Shown here in pieces: positions 1 through 9,333 of a stretch of 64,000 nt of DNA. Source of the DNA: Amphiscolops sp. MND2022. Its lineage: Eukaryota. A model generated the notes under the pieces. That model saw nothing but the letters and a program-made list of their open reading frames with translations. It ran no database searches and had not been told where the DNA came from. Made by a program: the position numbers and the translations under genes. The stretch is from the NCBI GenBank assembly GCA_964187785.1, contig OZ076409.1, forward strand, positions 93,560,001 through 93,624,000, given 5' to 3'. How positions within the stretch are numbered: the first letter of the stretch is position 1; the number at the start of each line of letters is the position of its first letter.

Positions 1-411
1 AGGTGGGTCGTTCCTTGTGGATGGTTGGGCACGCGCAGCGTTCTGGGGTGCAGGCAGGCGGTGTCGCGCAGATGGGTCCATTGGAAATGATGATAAAGGA
101 ATGTTTAGCACCGAAGATTGTGATGGCAAGACTGATTTGGCGTGATAAGTATGGTGGCCGCGCAGAGGCGAGGCAACAGGACAAAACTGAAAAACAGGTC
201 ACAGTTGGAGATAAGACATCACATAGACGGGTGGGCAGTTAAGCTTTTTAGGACGAACACACAAACATAAGGTTAAAAAGTTTCAGTGGTTAGTACTAAA
301 ATTTGCGTTCGTCGGGGCGGCTTTGTTAAAATTTTAAGGTGCTTCGAATTAATTAAAGGCAGTGCAAAAGGCCAGTGGCCTGATATGCCAAGTAGAGGGC
401 GAGACGTGCTC

Positions 412-3400
412 TTAACTACCGCCAAAATTGGCAGAGGTAATCGACGCTATCGTGACATAGACGCGATCGTGCAAAATAATTGTAATGTTGTGGTCTGCAA
501 AGTGGTCGCGTAGTGTGGCGTACCAGGCTGGAAGGAGGTTCATCGATCGCTCAGGATCATAGATGGGCAAGTGGATTCTGGTAATGTGGTTTCGATGGAG
601 TTGGGTTATCAAATTCGTCAAACACGCATGGAGTACTTCATGTAAGAGCGGATGCTTGTTCGATGCTCTGGTACATAGAAGGAAGATTTCGTTATTCCAG
701 GGTGCAGTTGGCGAGCGGGTTAAGCGAATTGCGGTGCCAACTGATGTTCTTAGACGAAATATGTTTTCTTGACCGTATTCGCGAATGACGTAACGGATTG
801 TGGCAGAGTAAGAGAGCAAATCCGCAGGGCAGCATAGTATCACGGTGCCAGGTGCCTGCAGGATATCTGTGTTGTCATAACTTATCCAAGGTAAGTAATT
901 CGGTCTGGTTTTAGGCTGGGTTATGAGCCATTTGCCGGTGGTTTTGCTCTGATCATCGGTGGGTCGGGGTGTCAAATGCTGCAAGATTGCTTTTCGGTCT
1001 TCCCAGACGGTTCGGCGTAGAGGTCTATCTCCCAAGTTTGTAGATGACCAATTGTGTACTATCGAGAGTGCTTCGCTAACTGTGACGGGTTTCTCTGGTG
1101 TATAAAATTGTCGATCCAGGAAGTGTATCTTCGCCTGCCGGCAGAAGACGACCGCTATTAATTGTAGCCAATGTTGGCTTAGGAACTTGCCACGATAAAT
1201 ATCGGCCATGTGGAAACAAAGCGTGTTCTCAGGTTCGGTTACCGTACGTAAGCTTTCTAAGCACATCAGTAAAGTTGTGGGAGATACCAATGTCGTTGCG
1301 TCTAGAGAGGTGACAAGTAGCCACCATCCATTGGTGGGCTGATATATGTCTCCCGGCGGGGAGGCAATGTGATATTTCTCCCACAGTTGGTGTGCAGTGG
1401 TACAGCGAATCATCTCCGGGCTATTATCCTCTTTTGCTAGCTCGCCGAACGTCATCGAGGGTGGCAAAGGCGGTATGATGGCATGTAGGGTGAATTCTAG
1501 ACCGCCTCGATGGGGTGGTGTCCATTCTTTGAATCGGTAAGTCGGGCAGTCGGAGGGAGATGTCGCGTGCATTGCTTTGAGTGTTTCTTCCAGCGGTGGT
1601 ATCACTTCTCGTTCCACACTAGTGAAAGTTTTTTCCACCGTGATGATCAAATGGTGTACTAGCGGGGGTGTCTCCACTTTTTCTCGCTGGGCTTGCACGG
1701 TTAAGATCTCATGTTGTGGGTGACAATGTGTCCTGGCCATAAAGAGATCCCTGGCAGGGACTACCGCTCCCCGGGCCAATCGGTTGTCCGGTGAATGGTG
1801 AGTCAGATGCTTGACGCAACTACAGTTGCGGGAACCACAGGTTCCACACTTGTAACGTGGTGCTCTGTTAGCTCGCAGTTGATATCGTGATGTTCGCGAT
1901 GGTGGTCTTGGTTCTGAGTCCTGGACATCTGGTGGTTGTTGGCTTTCGGGTATTTCTGGTAGAGTCATCGCTCGGTCTAGTTTTCGAGGGGGTGCACGAG
2001 TGCTCATTCTTGCCCTAGGGCCTCTTCTGGATCGTGCGGTTTGGGTTCGCGACGATGTCGTGGTTCTAGTGGATGGTATAGCGCGGGGTTTTCCTCGACC
2101 TGGTGGTCGGCCTCGAGGCCGTCCTCTGCGATTCGTGGTATCGGGTTGTGTTGAGCAATGGCTTGGACTGCGATGGGTTGTCTCTTCTTCATTCTCAGTT
2201 TCTGACTTTGGTTTATTTTCTATCGGGTCGATCGGGTTCTCTAATTGGGGGCCAAACAAGGGAAAGTTACTCAGGGTGTCTGTTAGGGACGGATTGGATA
2301 GTAGGGGGGCTGAGGTCCCTGAGGGTGATGGTATCAGACTTGTAGGTACGGCCGGCTGAATTTCCTCCTGGTCGGAGTACAGTGGTTCCAGGTCGTCCAA
2401 GTCGGGGAACACTACTGGCGGTGATGGGCTCTGGATCGGCGGCTCATTTTCCTCTCTTTCTGAATCTGAGTTGGAGGGGTACCCGAAGTGGCTGAATCTT
2501 CTTCGGGGTGTTCCTTGTTCGAGTGCCGTTTGGGTACGAGTCTGAATGGTACGAGGTGGAATCGATCCTGTCGGTTCCATTTCGAAGGATGCTTCCGGAA
2601 GTTGTTCCGGTAGGAAAGAGTCTTGGGAAATGTCGGACGCTATCTCTTCATTGCTTTCTTCTACGTACGGATCAGCAATAATGGCTACGTTTTGATTCGG
2701 CCCAAAGGGCTGGTGTGCGGCCCAGTCCCAAGGGGCAGGCACATGCTTTTTTAATCTTTCGTAGTGGAGCTTTTGGCCAGTGTCTAACACATATAATCGT
2801 CCGTCCTGCAACACGTCGGTCACCTTATGGGGTCCGCGCCATGCGCGAATCAGCTTACGGGTGCCACCCTTGGGTATGATATGGCAGAATACCCACACCG
2901 CATCGCCTACAGCGTGCGCTTTGGCCTTCAGGTGGCGGTCAAACTTCAGCTTTTGCCGTAGCTGTGCTTGGTGTGTATTTCTTCTGACAAGTTCATGGAT
3001 TTCTTGCTGTCTGGCTAGAAGATGTTCTACAAATTCTTCTTTGGAATCGAATCCTCGGGCAGCAAATTTTGGGTAGATGAATGACAAGGGAATGGATTTC
3101 TCGGCTCCGTGTTGGAGCATATAGGGAGAGAATCCAGTGGTTGCGTGTCTAGTTGAATTGTACGCACCGAGGATTCCATCAATATGCTCATCCCAATCCT
3201 GCATTCGTCGCGAAGTGTAGACTCTTAGTAGTGTGAGTAACGTTCGGTTCTGCCTTTCCACGAGTCCATTCCCTCGAGGATGCGCTGGAGTGGATGTCAC
3301 TTTAGTGACTTGCGAGGCTTTCATTAGCTCCTGTGCGATTTCAGCTGTGAAATTCGTGGCATTGTCGGATTGCATCCGTGCTGGAGTGCCGTGTCTGGCA

Positions 3401-6400
3401 AACCATTTATTAAGGATGATTTTAGCTGTGGTTTGGGCATCATATTCGTCGTGGGCACACGGAATAGCCTCGGCGAATTTCGTGAAGTGGTCTATCATGA
3501 CTAAGAGACCGGTGTTTCCCGATTCGGTCTTGCATAGTTTGAGGTGGTCGAATTGTACTAGGTCGTTGAAATTGCTGCTGTTGATGTTCTGCAAGGGGTA
3601 GCAAGGGTTCCCGGCGGGGTGTTTTGTTTGCTGGCAGGTCAAGCAGTGCTTGATGTGATTGACTATGTCACGCTTAATGCCCGGCCAGGTATGCCGTTCT
3701 TGTACTCTCGCTAGCACCTTCCCTACGCCCTGATGTCCCGATTCGTCGTGTGCCCTATACAGAATCTCGTGTTGGTATAGTTGTGGCATGACTATCATAC
3801 ACGGTCGCACGTGCAGCGCACGTTGTTGCGGAACGTAGTTGACGCAGAGAATGTCGTCTGGGTTCAGGAAGAGCAGGTCTTTCTTTTGATGGAAGTAGCG
3901 TCGCGCGAAGTCTTGTACGTCTTCGGGGAACATTGTTTCTTCCAGTGGTTCGCCGTTCATGAGTTTCCTCAGCGCTAGGAGGTGCACGTCCCTATTTTGT
4001 GCTAGGTGCAGGTCCTTGAGGCCACGTCTAGTCAGAAAGTGTTCATGCAGCTCTGTCCCAACTGTTCTAAGGGCGTTGGCTTGTGTTTGGCATTCGGGTG
4101 GCATTTCTTCAAGCACAGGATCAGGTTCTCCAGTGTCTAGGCGTGCCGGTGGCACTTTGGTCGTGATGCTGAGGATGTGACTCGGTCGGTGATCCTCGTC
4201 TGTGGTGGGTGTCGCTTCCCATTGTATTTGGGGGTACCATGGGGCATTATTCACCGAGGGTTCTTGCAAGCTCGTTTTGGGCCTTTTTCCCAAGATATAC
4301 AGCAGTGGGAGTTGGGCTCGAGCTTCCGGCGGAAGCTCTGGATGGTTTGGTATTGGGCGTCCGTGTTTGTCAAAGTATGGCACGGTGGGGAGTGCTTCAT
4401 AGTCTTCTTTGGTCATGAAGTTGAATCCTTCACTCACTTCCGGTAACTTCTCGAGGATTTTCTCCCGGTGCACATAGTCGTTGGTCCGTTTGCTGAGGCC
4501 GTCCACGTTTCGATGCTGTGTGCGAGGTCGGTGGATCGTCTTGAAGTTGTATTGATCCAGACGGGCTATCCAGCGACCTATCATGGCTTGGTCCATGGAG
4601 TACGTTTTAAGCCATGACAGGGCTTGATTGTCCACACGGAGCGTGAACTCTCGGCCTGCGAGATATGAGTGGAATTTCTCTATGAAGTAAAATACTGCGT
4701 ACATTTCCAACTTGGGTGCTCCATAGTTCAGCTGCGTCTTCGTCAGGGATTTGCTCCCGAAGACTATTGGCCGTAAAATAGTTTTCCCATTGTGTTCCTG
4801 TTCCTGGTGCAGGATTCCAGCTATCGCTACCGCACTAGCATCGGTGTCGAGCACGAATCGTCCGTCTTCATTTGGGGCTGCCAAGGCGGTCGCGTTTGCT
4901 AGTGCTTCCTTTACTGCATCGAAGGCTTCTTGGTGTTTCATTTCCCAGTGGAAATGCTGACTTTTCTTGAGCAACTCTTGCAGGGGTTGCACTTTGGCTG
5001 CATGAAACGGTACAAAGTCTCGGTAATAGTTTGCAAACCCTAGGAAGCTCTGAAGCTCCTCTTTGTTTCTCGGGGGCATCCATTCTTGGATTTTGACTTT
5101 TGCTTCGGGGTCTGGTCTGATGCCTTCCGAGGACACCACTCGCTCCAGGTACTTCGTCTCCGTGCGCATGAAATCACACTTCTCGGCACGCATCTTGAAT
5201 CCAGCCTCTCGGAGACACTCGAATACTTCCTTGATTCGTACGATGTGGTCTTCTATGGTTTCCGTGGCGATAACTATGTCGTCAATGTAAGCCATGACGA
5301 TACTCCCGTGTCGCTGCTGGATCCGTTGCAGGGCTCGTGTAATGGAGCGCTGAAATGTGGCCGATGCATTGCATAGCCCAAAGGGCATGCGCCGCCATTC
5401 GAACAATCCCAGTTCGCAGGCAAATGCTGTTTTCCTTCTATCGCGCTTCTTTAGCGGTATCTGCCAGAAGGCCCACGCTAGGTCAATACTTGTGAAAATT
5501 TTCGCATTGCCTATCCGGGATAGACTTTCATCAATCCTGGGCAATGGGAACGCGTCTTTGACCGTTACGTCGTTGAGCGGTCGGAAGTCACAGCAGAAGC
5601 GAAGTTCGCCTGTTTTCTTTTTGACCATGACTATTCCGCTTGCCCACGGTGAATAGGAGGGTTGAATTAGGCCAAGGGCCAGTAGATTCCGTACCTCTTG
5701 ATTAGCCTTTGCTGCCTTATCTGGGGACATGCGCCGAGCGCCTTCTCTATGCGGGATAGCTTCCGGCTCTAGTTCTATACGATGTTTCGCTATTTTGCAC
5801 CTCCCTATGTCAGCTTTATGTTTCATAAAAAGGTCATCGTACTCGCTCAGGACGCTTGCTAGTTGATCTCTCGCTCCCTCCCCCCATGAAGAAAGGACGG
5901 AAGAAAGGTCTGGACCTGGTATAGGTTTTAGTAATTGTGGGTCAGTCTGAGCACGTTTCACGCTTTCCGATAATCCTTCTTCAGATATCTCAGTAGAGGA
6001 CAAGAAGTTTTGAGCAAAAGAACTATATTCTGAACTCGTTTCGTTTAACCACTCTTCGGTATAAACTCTATTAACTTGTTCAAACAAAGGTTTATCAATT
6101 TCGGTTGCCGTGTCGGCAGCCACAGGTTGCAACACAAAATTTGTAGGTTCTGCCTTACCGAGGACAGTTTTGGTTTGAATAGTTACGTTTTCAGAGGGGG
6201 TAGTGTTTCGTAGGGCTATGAAGACAATGCCTTCATCTCCAACAGACGTCAATGTATCTTCTGAAACAAAGGGGGATCGTTTAGATACCCCCTGGGGGCG
6301 AATCATTACGTTTCGGAAAAGGTACTCGTTGTGCTTTTGAGAAATAATTTGGGCTCGTACTAGCTTACGCTCGTAAGGGCCTAGAACTACTTTTTCGGTG

Positions 6401-9285
6401 GATATCACTAGGGATGGCTCATGATCACTTACCTCATGGACGGGTTTGAAGTGGCGTGGCGCTTTGGGGTCTCGTATAGTGACCCTCATGGCCGTCAAGT
6501 CCACGAGAACGTTATAAGTGCGCAAGAAGTTTCTGCCAAGTAGGAAGTCTTCCGCGCCTAGGTGATCGGCAATGACTATGAAATTGGTTCGGAGGGTATA
6601 TCCGCCCAACTGGAAGCTAACATTTTCGGCGATTCCAATGGTGTTGATGGTTTTACCATTGGCGGCATACAGTTGGATGTCATATGGTAGGAGGCTCAAG
6701 GCGTGGGGTGATGCAATTTTTTGATAGGCTTTGAGGGAGAGAATGGAGACACCGGAACCGGTGTCTATCATCCCGTACAAGGGTATTGGTTCCTGGATAG
6801 TGTTGCCAAAGGCAACCACCAGGGATGCCCGTTCGTCAATACGAGCCTCCCCCTGGGCATCTTGCACTCCGATGTTATAACATCGTAACTCCTGGCGGCC
6901 CAAGTACAATCCCTGAGGGAAGTGGCCTTCTAAGACTACAATAGCGTCAAATTTCATGTCTACACCGTCTACGTTAATGGCTACCGGCACCGGAGAAACG
7001 GTTTTAACTTTCTGTATTGGGGCCAGTTTTGTTTCGTCTTCTCTTGCGAAATGTGGGAGCGGTCGCGCTGCGATGGTATACTTCACGTTTCTGCATAATT
7101 CCTCCTTTAGTTGCGATAGTGTCAGCGTGGGTCGCGTTTTTTGTTCGGCCGAGAGTAGCAAGTGTATCGAGATAAGCGTCTCTGTGCAATCTGGGGCGGG
7201 TGCCTCTAGTGTGGTGAGCACTTGTTTCTCGCCACAAGTGACTACTACAGGTCGGGAGGGACCCCCTTCTTCCGCTACTGATATTACCCGGACTTGGTCG
7301 TCTTGGCCCAGGCCATCGAATTGACTTGGTGAAGGAGCATACCAAGCTGCACGGATTTGTTCTTCGTGACTCATTTGCTCCGAGGCCATGCATTCTGACG
7401 CCGAGTGCTCAGTACGGCCGCAATTAATGCAGAAGGCAACTGTGCCTTGGGTTGGTAGGGATGCTGGGAAAACGTCATAGTTCAAGCCATGTGGCTGGGA
7501 GGGGCACACCCAACTACCCGTCGGGTTCGTGTGACAGGAGTTCACTTGCTGTTGTACCGGCTTCCGTGCACGGTCTTTCAGGGGGCAGTCCACCACAAAA
7601 TGCGATGGGTCTCCGCAGTTGAAGCACGCTCTTTGGGGTTGCTGTCGATAGGCTGCCGGTGGCATGGGTTGTTGTTGGTATGCTGCTGGTTGGGGAGGCT
7701 GTTGTTGTTGCATTTTTTGGGCAGGCGCGGGTGCTACTGGAGACTGATTTGGTTGTTGGATATTGGCTTGTTGTTGTGGAGGGGGCATCATTGGGTAGTT
7801 GTCTGAACGGGTTGAGCCTCGCATGCGTAAGTATTGTTGTACTGTGAAGCGGAGGGCTTCCACTGTTGGCGGGGTTTCCACGTATTGTTCCGGTGCATAC
7901 ATTAGCGCGAGGTTCCTTTTTAGTTCGAAGTTGCGTACTCCCTCAATGAATCTTTGCATGATTTCGTATCGACGAACTGTCACCTCTTCATTGGGGTAAC
8001 CTTGACTACGCAGGCCTTCGAGGGCGTCAAGGTATTGCATGTAGTCCTCCTCGCTATTCTGGTTGCGGGTTCTAAATTGCTGTTGGATATGAATTTTGCT
8101 GGAACCTGTCCCAAAGCGACGCGCCAGCAACGCGAATACTTTTTCGTCAGTGTCCCTTTCGGCTTCGGACTTATTCGTGATGTAATCTCTGGCTTCATGC
8201 TCTAGATACTCAATTATTGTCCACGCCTTATCGAGGGGGGTCGCCTTAGGGTGTGCTTTTTCCAAATGGCGTTTCATTAACATCATCCATCCATCTGCGT
8301 TTCCGTCTCGGGTTCCTCTATATTTCGTGGGCTTGTTTTTAGATTCCTTGGCGGCGAGCAACGGCTCCAAGCCTTTAGACATGGCCGTAGATATTGCTTC
8401 CGCTAGTGCTTGTCGTTGGGTAGTTCTCGGCGTGTCTGGGGTCTCTTCTGCCATTGAGGGCATTTCTTCAATGTCGCTGTGTTCGCCCTTGCCTTGTTCT
8501 AAATTCCGCTTGTTTGTCATTTTACGCTGCGTACTGGTGGCCACTGGCCGCGGAACGAAGTCTCTGAACGTTTGCGTTCGCGCAGGTGGGCGGAATGCTG
8601 CACTGGAATCGGCCGTGTAGTAGCTGGTCCTGCGGGTGTTCGTTTCGTCGGCGGCGGAATGAAAATCGCCGGAGGTTGATATTCCGCGAGCGTACTGGTC
8701 AAACGACTGCGGGTCAGTCATTGGGTCCGTACCTGCGTCTCGTGATTCCGTGTGGGTTACTTTAGCCATCTTGCTAGCTTTAGACAGGTCACGCCTGTAT
8801 GTTGCGGGTGGTACTAGTTTTGGAGGCCTAGGAGGCTCCACTGTGTGCTGTGCCACCGTCCTATAATGAGGTTGGGGAGCTTCGCTTGTAGATGGCATTT
8901 CGGTCTGTTGATATTTTTGGGGAATCCGCGGCGCCGTTTGTGCTTGCTGCGCGGGGGCTTGCGACACGATTGCTTTCACTCCCAACGTCAAATCTTGCAT
9001 TGCCATCATCAAGTCCGTCATGCGGACATTGGAGTCTATGTCGCGACGCTGCATCGTGTTTGTCATTGCTTTCATGCGTTCATCTGCTTGGCGGTCTCTT
9101 TCTCTCATTATTGCAGACATCTCGGCCATGCGAGCGTCCGCTGTAGTTTCTCTCTGTTTAATCAGATCCTTGAGAGATGCCATTGACGCTTCCAGTCGAC
9201 CTTGATTTTGTCGCCCTTCCGCTTGCATTTCCAACAGACCTTTTCGTAGCTCGTCCATGTCCCTCATTATCATGTCGGCGCGCAT
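412..9285 (-). CDS. Gag-Pol polyprotein (2957 aa): Gag, CCHC knuckles, protease, dUTPase-like fold, RT, RNase H, integrase, C-terminal tandem macrodomain-like folds
   Basis: CFNCGDPSHFVVDC knuckle (7585-7626); MIDTGSG protease (~6760); RT motifs SPWASGIVMV, RFCCDFRPLN, MPFGL, YIDD (~5280); RNase H FVLDTDAS, LEMYAV; IN HHCC (HDESGH...CLTC), DDE (FDHL, SDNATNF, ERQNRTL), WRGPHKV GPY/F motif. Confidence 0.97.
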   Translation of the reverse strand: MRADMIMRDMDELRKGLLEMQAEGRQNQGRLEASMASLKDLIKQRETTADARMAEMSAIMRERDRQADERMKAMTNTMQRRDIDSNVRMTDLMMAMQDLTLGVKAIVSQAPAQQAQTAPRIPQKYQQTEMPSTSEAPQPHYRTVAQHTVEPPRPPKLVPPATYRRDLSKASKMAKVTHTESRDAGTDPMTDPQSFDQYARGISTSGDFHSAADETNTRRTSYYTADSSAAFRPPARTQTFRDFVPRPVATSTQRKMTNKRNLEQGKGEHSDIEEMPSMAEETPDTPRTTQRQALAEAISTAMSKGLEPLLAAKESKNKPTKYRGTRDGNADGWMMLMKRHLEKAHPKATPLDKAWTIIEYLEHEARDYITNKSEAERDTDEKVFALLARRFGTGSSKIHIQQQFRTRNQNSEEDYMQYLDALEGLRSQGYPNEEVTVRRYEIMQRFIEGVRNFELKRNLALMYAPEQYVETPPTVEALRFTVQQYLRMRGSTRSDNYPMMPPPQQQANIQQPNQSPVAPAPAQKMQQQQPPQPAAYQQQPMPPAAYRQQPQRACFNCGDPSHFVVDCPLKDRARKPVQQQVNSCHTNPTGSWVCPSQPHGLNYDVFPASLPTQGTVAFCINCGRTEHSASECMASEQMSHEEQIRAAWYAPSPSQFDGLGQDDQVRVISVAEEGGPSRPVVVTCGEKQVLTTLEAPAPDCTETLISIHLLLSAEQKTRPTLTLSQLKEELCRNVKYTIAARPLPHFAREDETKLAPIQKVKTVSPVPVAINVDGVDMKFDAIVVLEGHFPQGLYLGRQELRCYNIGVQDAQGEARIDERASLVVAFGNTIQEPIPLYGMIDTGSGVSILSLKAYQKIASPHALSLLPYDIQLYAANGKTINTIGIAENVSFQLGGYTLRTNFIVIADHLGAEDFLLGRNFLRTYNVLVDLTAMRVTIRDPKAPRHFKPVHEVSDHEPSLVISTEKVVLGPYERKLVRAQIISQKHNEYLFRNVMIRPQGVSKRSPFVSEDTLTSVGDEGIVFIALRNTTPSENVTIQTKTVLGKAEPTNFVLQPVAADTATEIDKPLFEQVNRVYTEEWLNETSSEYSSFAQNFLSSTEISEEGLSESVKRAQTDPQLLKPIPGPDLSSVLSSWGEGARDQLASVLSEYDDLFMKHKADIGRCKIAKHRIELEPEAIPHREGARRMSPDKAAKANQEVRNLLALGLIQPSYSPWASGIVMVKKKTGELRFCCDFRPLNDVTVKDAFPLPRIDESLSRIGNAKIFTSIDLAWAFWQIPLKKRDRRKTAFACELGLFEWRRMPFGLCNASATFQRSITRALQRIQQRHGSIVMAYIDDIVIATETIEDHIVRIKEVFECLREAGFKMRAEKCDFMRTETKYLERVVSSEGIRPDPEAKVKIQEWMPPRNKEELQSFLGFANYYRDFVPFHAAKVQPLQELLKKSQHFHWEMKHQEAFDAVKEALANATALAAPNEDGRFVLDTDASAVAIAGILHQEQEHNGKTILRPIVFGSKSLTKTQLNYGAPKLEMYAVFYFIEKFHSYLAGREFTLRVDNQALSWLKTYSMDQAMIGRWIARLDQYNFKTIHRPRTQHRNVDGLSKRTNDYVHREKILEKLPEVSEGFNFMTKEDYEALPTVPYFDKHGRPIPNHPELPPEARAQLPLLYILGKRPKTSLQEPSVNNAPWYPQIQWEATPTTDEDHRPSHILSITTKVPPARLDTGEPDPVLEEMPPECQTQANALRTVGTELHEHFLTRRGLKDLHLAQNRDVHLLALRKLMNGEPLEETMFPEDVQDFARRYFHQKKDLLFLNPDDILCVNYVPQQRALHVRPCMIVMPQLYQHEILYRAHDESGHQGVGKVLARVQERHTWPGIKRDIVNHIKHCLTCQQTKHPAGNPCYPLQNINSSNFNDLVQFDHLKLCKTESGNTGLLVMIDHFTKFAEAIPCAHDEYDAQTTAKIILNKWFARHGTPARMQSDNATNFTAEIAQELMKASQVTKVTSTPAHPRGNGLVERQNRTLLTLLRVYTSRRMQDWDEHIDGILGAYNSTRHATTGFSPYMLQHGAEKSIPLSFIYPKFAARGFDSKEEFVEHLLARQQEIHELVRRNTHQAQLRQKLKFDRHLKAKAHAVGDAVWVFCHIIPKGGTRKLIRAWRGPHKVTDVLQDGRLYVLDTGQKLHYERLKKHVPAPWDWAAHQPFGPNQNVAIIADPYVEESNEEIASDISQDSFLPEQLPEASFEMEPTGSIPPRTIQTRTQTALEQGTPRRRFSHFGYPSNSDSEREENEPPIQSPSPPVVFPDLDDLEPLYSDQEEIQPAVPTSLIPSPSGTSAPLLSNPSLTDTLSNFPLFGPQLENPIDPIENKPKSETENEEETTHRSPSHCSTQPDTTNRRGRPRGRPPGRGKPRAIPSTRTTTSSRTQTARSRRGPRARMSTRAPPRKLDRAMTLPEIPESQQPPDVQDSEPRPPSRTSRYQLRANRAPRYKCGTCGSRNCSCVKHLTHHSPDNRLARGAVVPARDLFMARTHCHPQHEILTVQAQREKVETPPLVHHLIITVEKTFTSVEREVIPPLEETLKAMHATSPSDCPTYRFKEWTPPHRGGLEFTLHAIIPPLPPSMTFGELAKEDNSPEMIRCTTAHQLWEKYHIASPPGDIYQPTNGWWLLVTSLDATTLVSPTTLLMCLESLRTVTEPENTLCFHMADIYRGKFLSQHWLQLIAVVFCRQAKIHFLDRQFYTPEKPVTVSEALSIVHNWSSTNLGDRPLRRTVWEDRKAILQHLTPRPTDDQSKTTGKWLITQPKTRPNYLPWISYDNTDILQAPGTVILCCPADLLSYSATIRYVIREYGQENIFRLRTSVGTAIRLTRSPTAPWNNEIFLLCTRASNKHPLLHEVLHACLTNLITQLHRNHITRIHLPIYDPERSMNLLPAWYATLRDHFADHNITIILHDRVYVTIASITSANFGGS
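466..888 (-). other. TARG1/OARD1 (Poa1p)-like macrodomain at the polyprotein C-terminus
   Basis: ISYDNTDILQ...VILCCPADL...IFLLCTR...LHACLTNL...ITRIHLP...FADHNITIILH aligns by eye along the whole TARG1-type macro fold. Confidence 0.8.
1114..1540 (-). other. second, more diverged macrodomain-like repeat
   Basis: GDIYQPTNGWWLLVT...TLLMCLESLR...TLCFH...WLQLIAVVF...KIHFLD parallels the C-terminal two-thirds of the downstream macrodomain. Confidence 0.55.
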
Positions 9286-9333
9286 CTCATGTTCGTTGTT
9301 TTCCCTCGCCAGCCTCGTCTGGACTTGAGCTAA

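Noticed and set aside
412..2700. Possible env gene at the 3' end of the Gypsy element
   Set aside because: In frame with integrase, no signal peptide or clear transmembrane anchor; fits macrodomains better.
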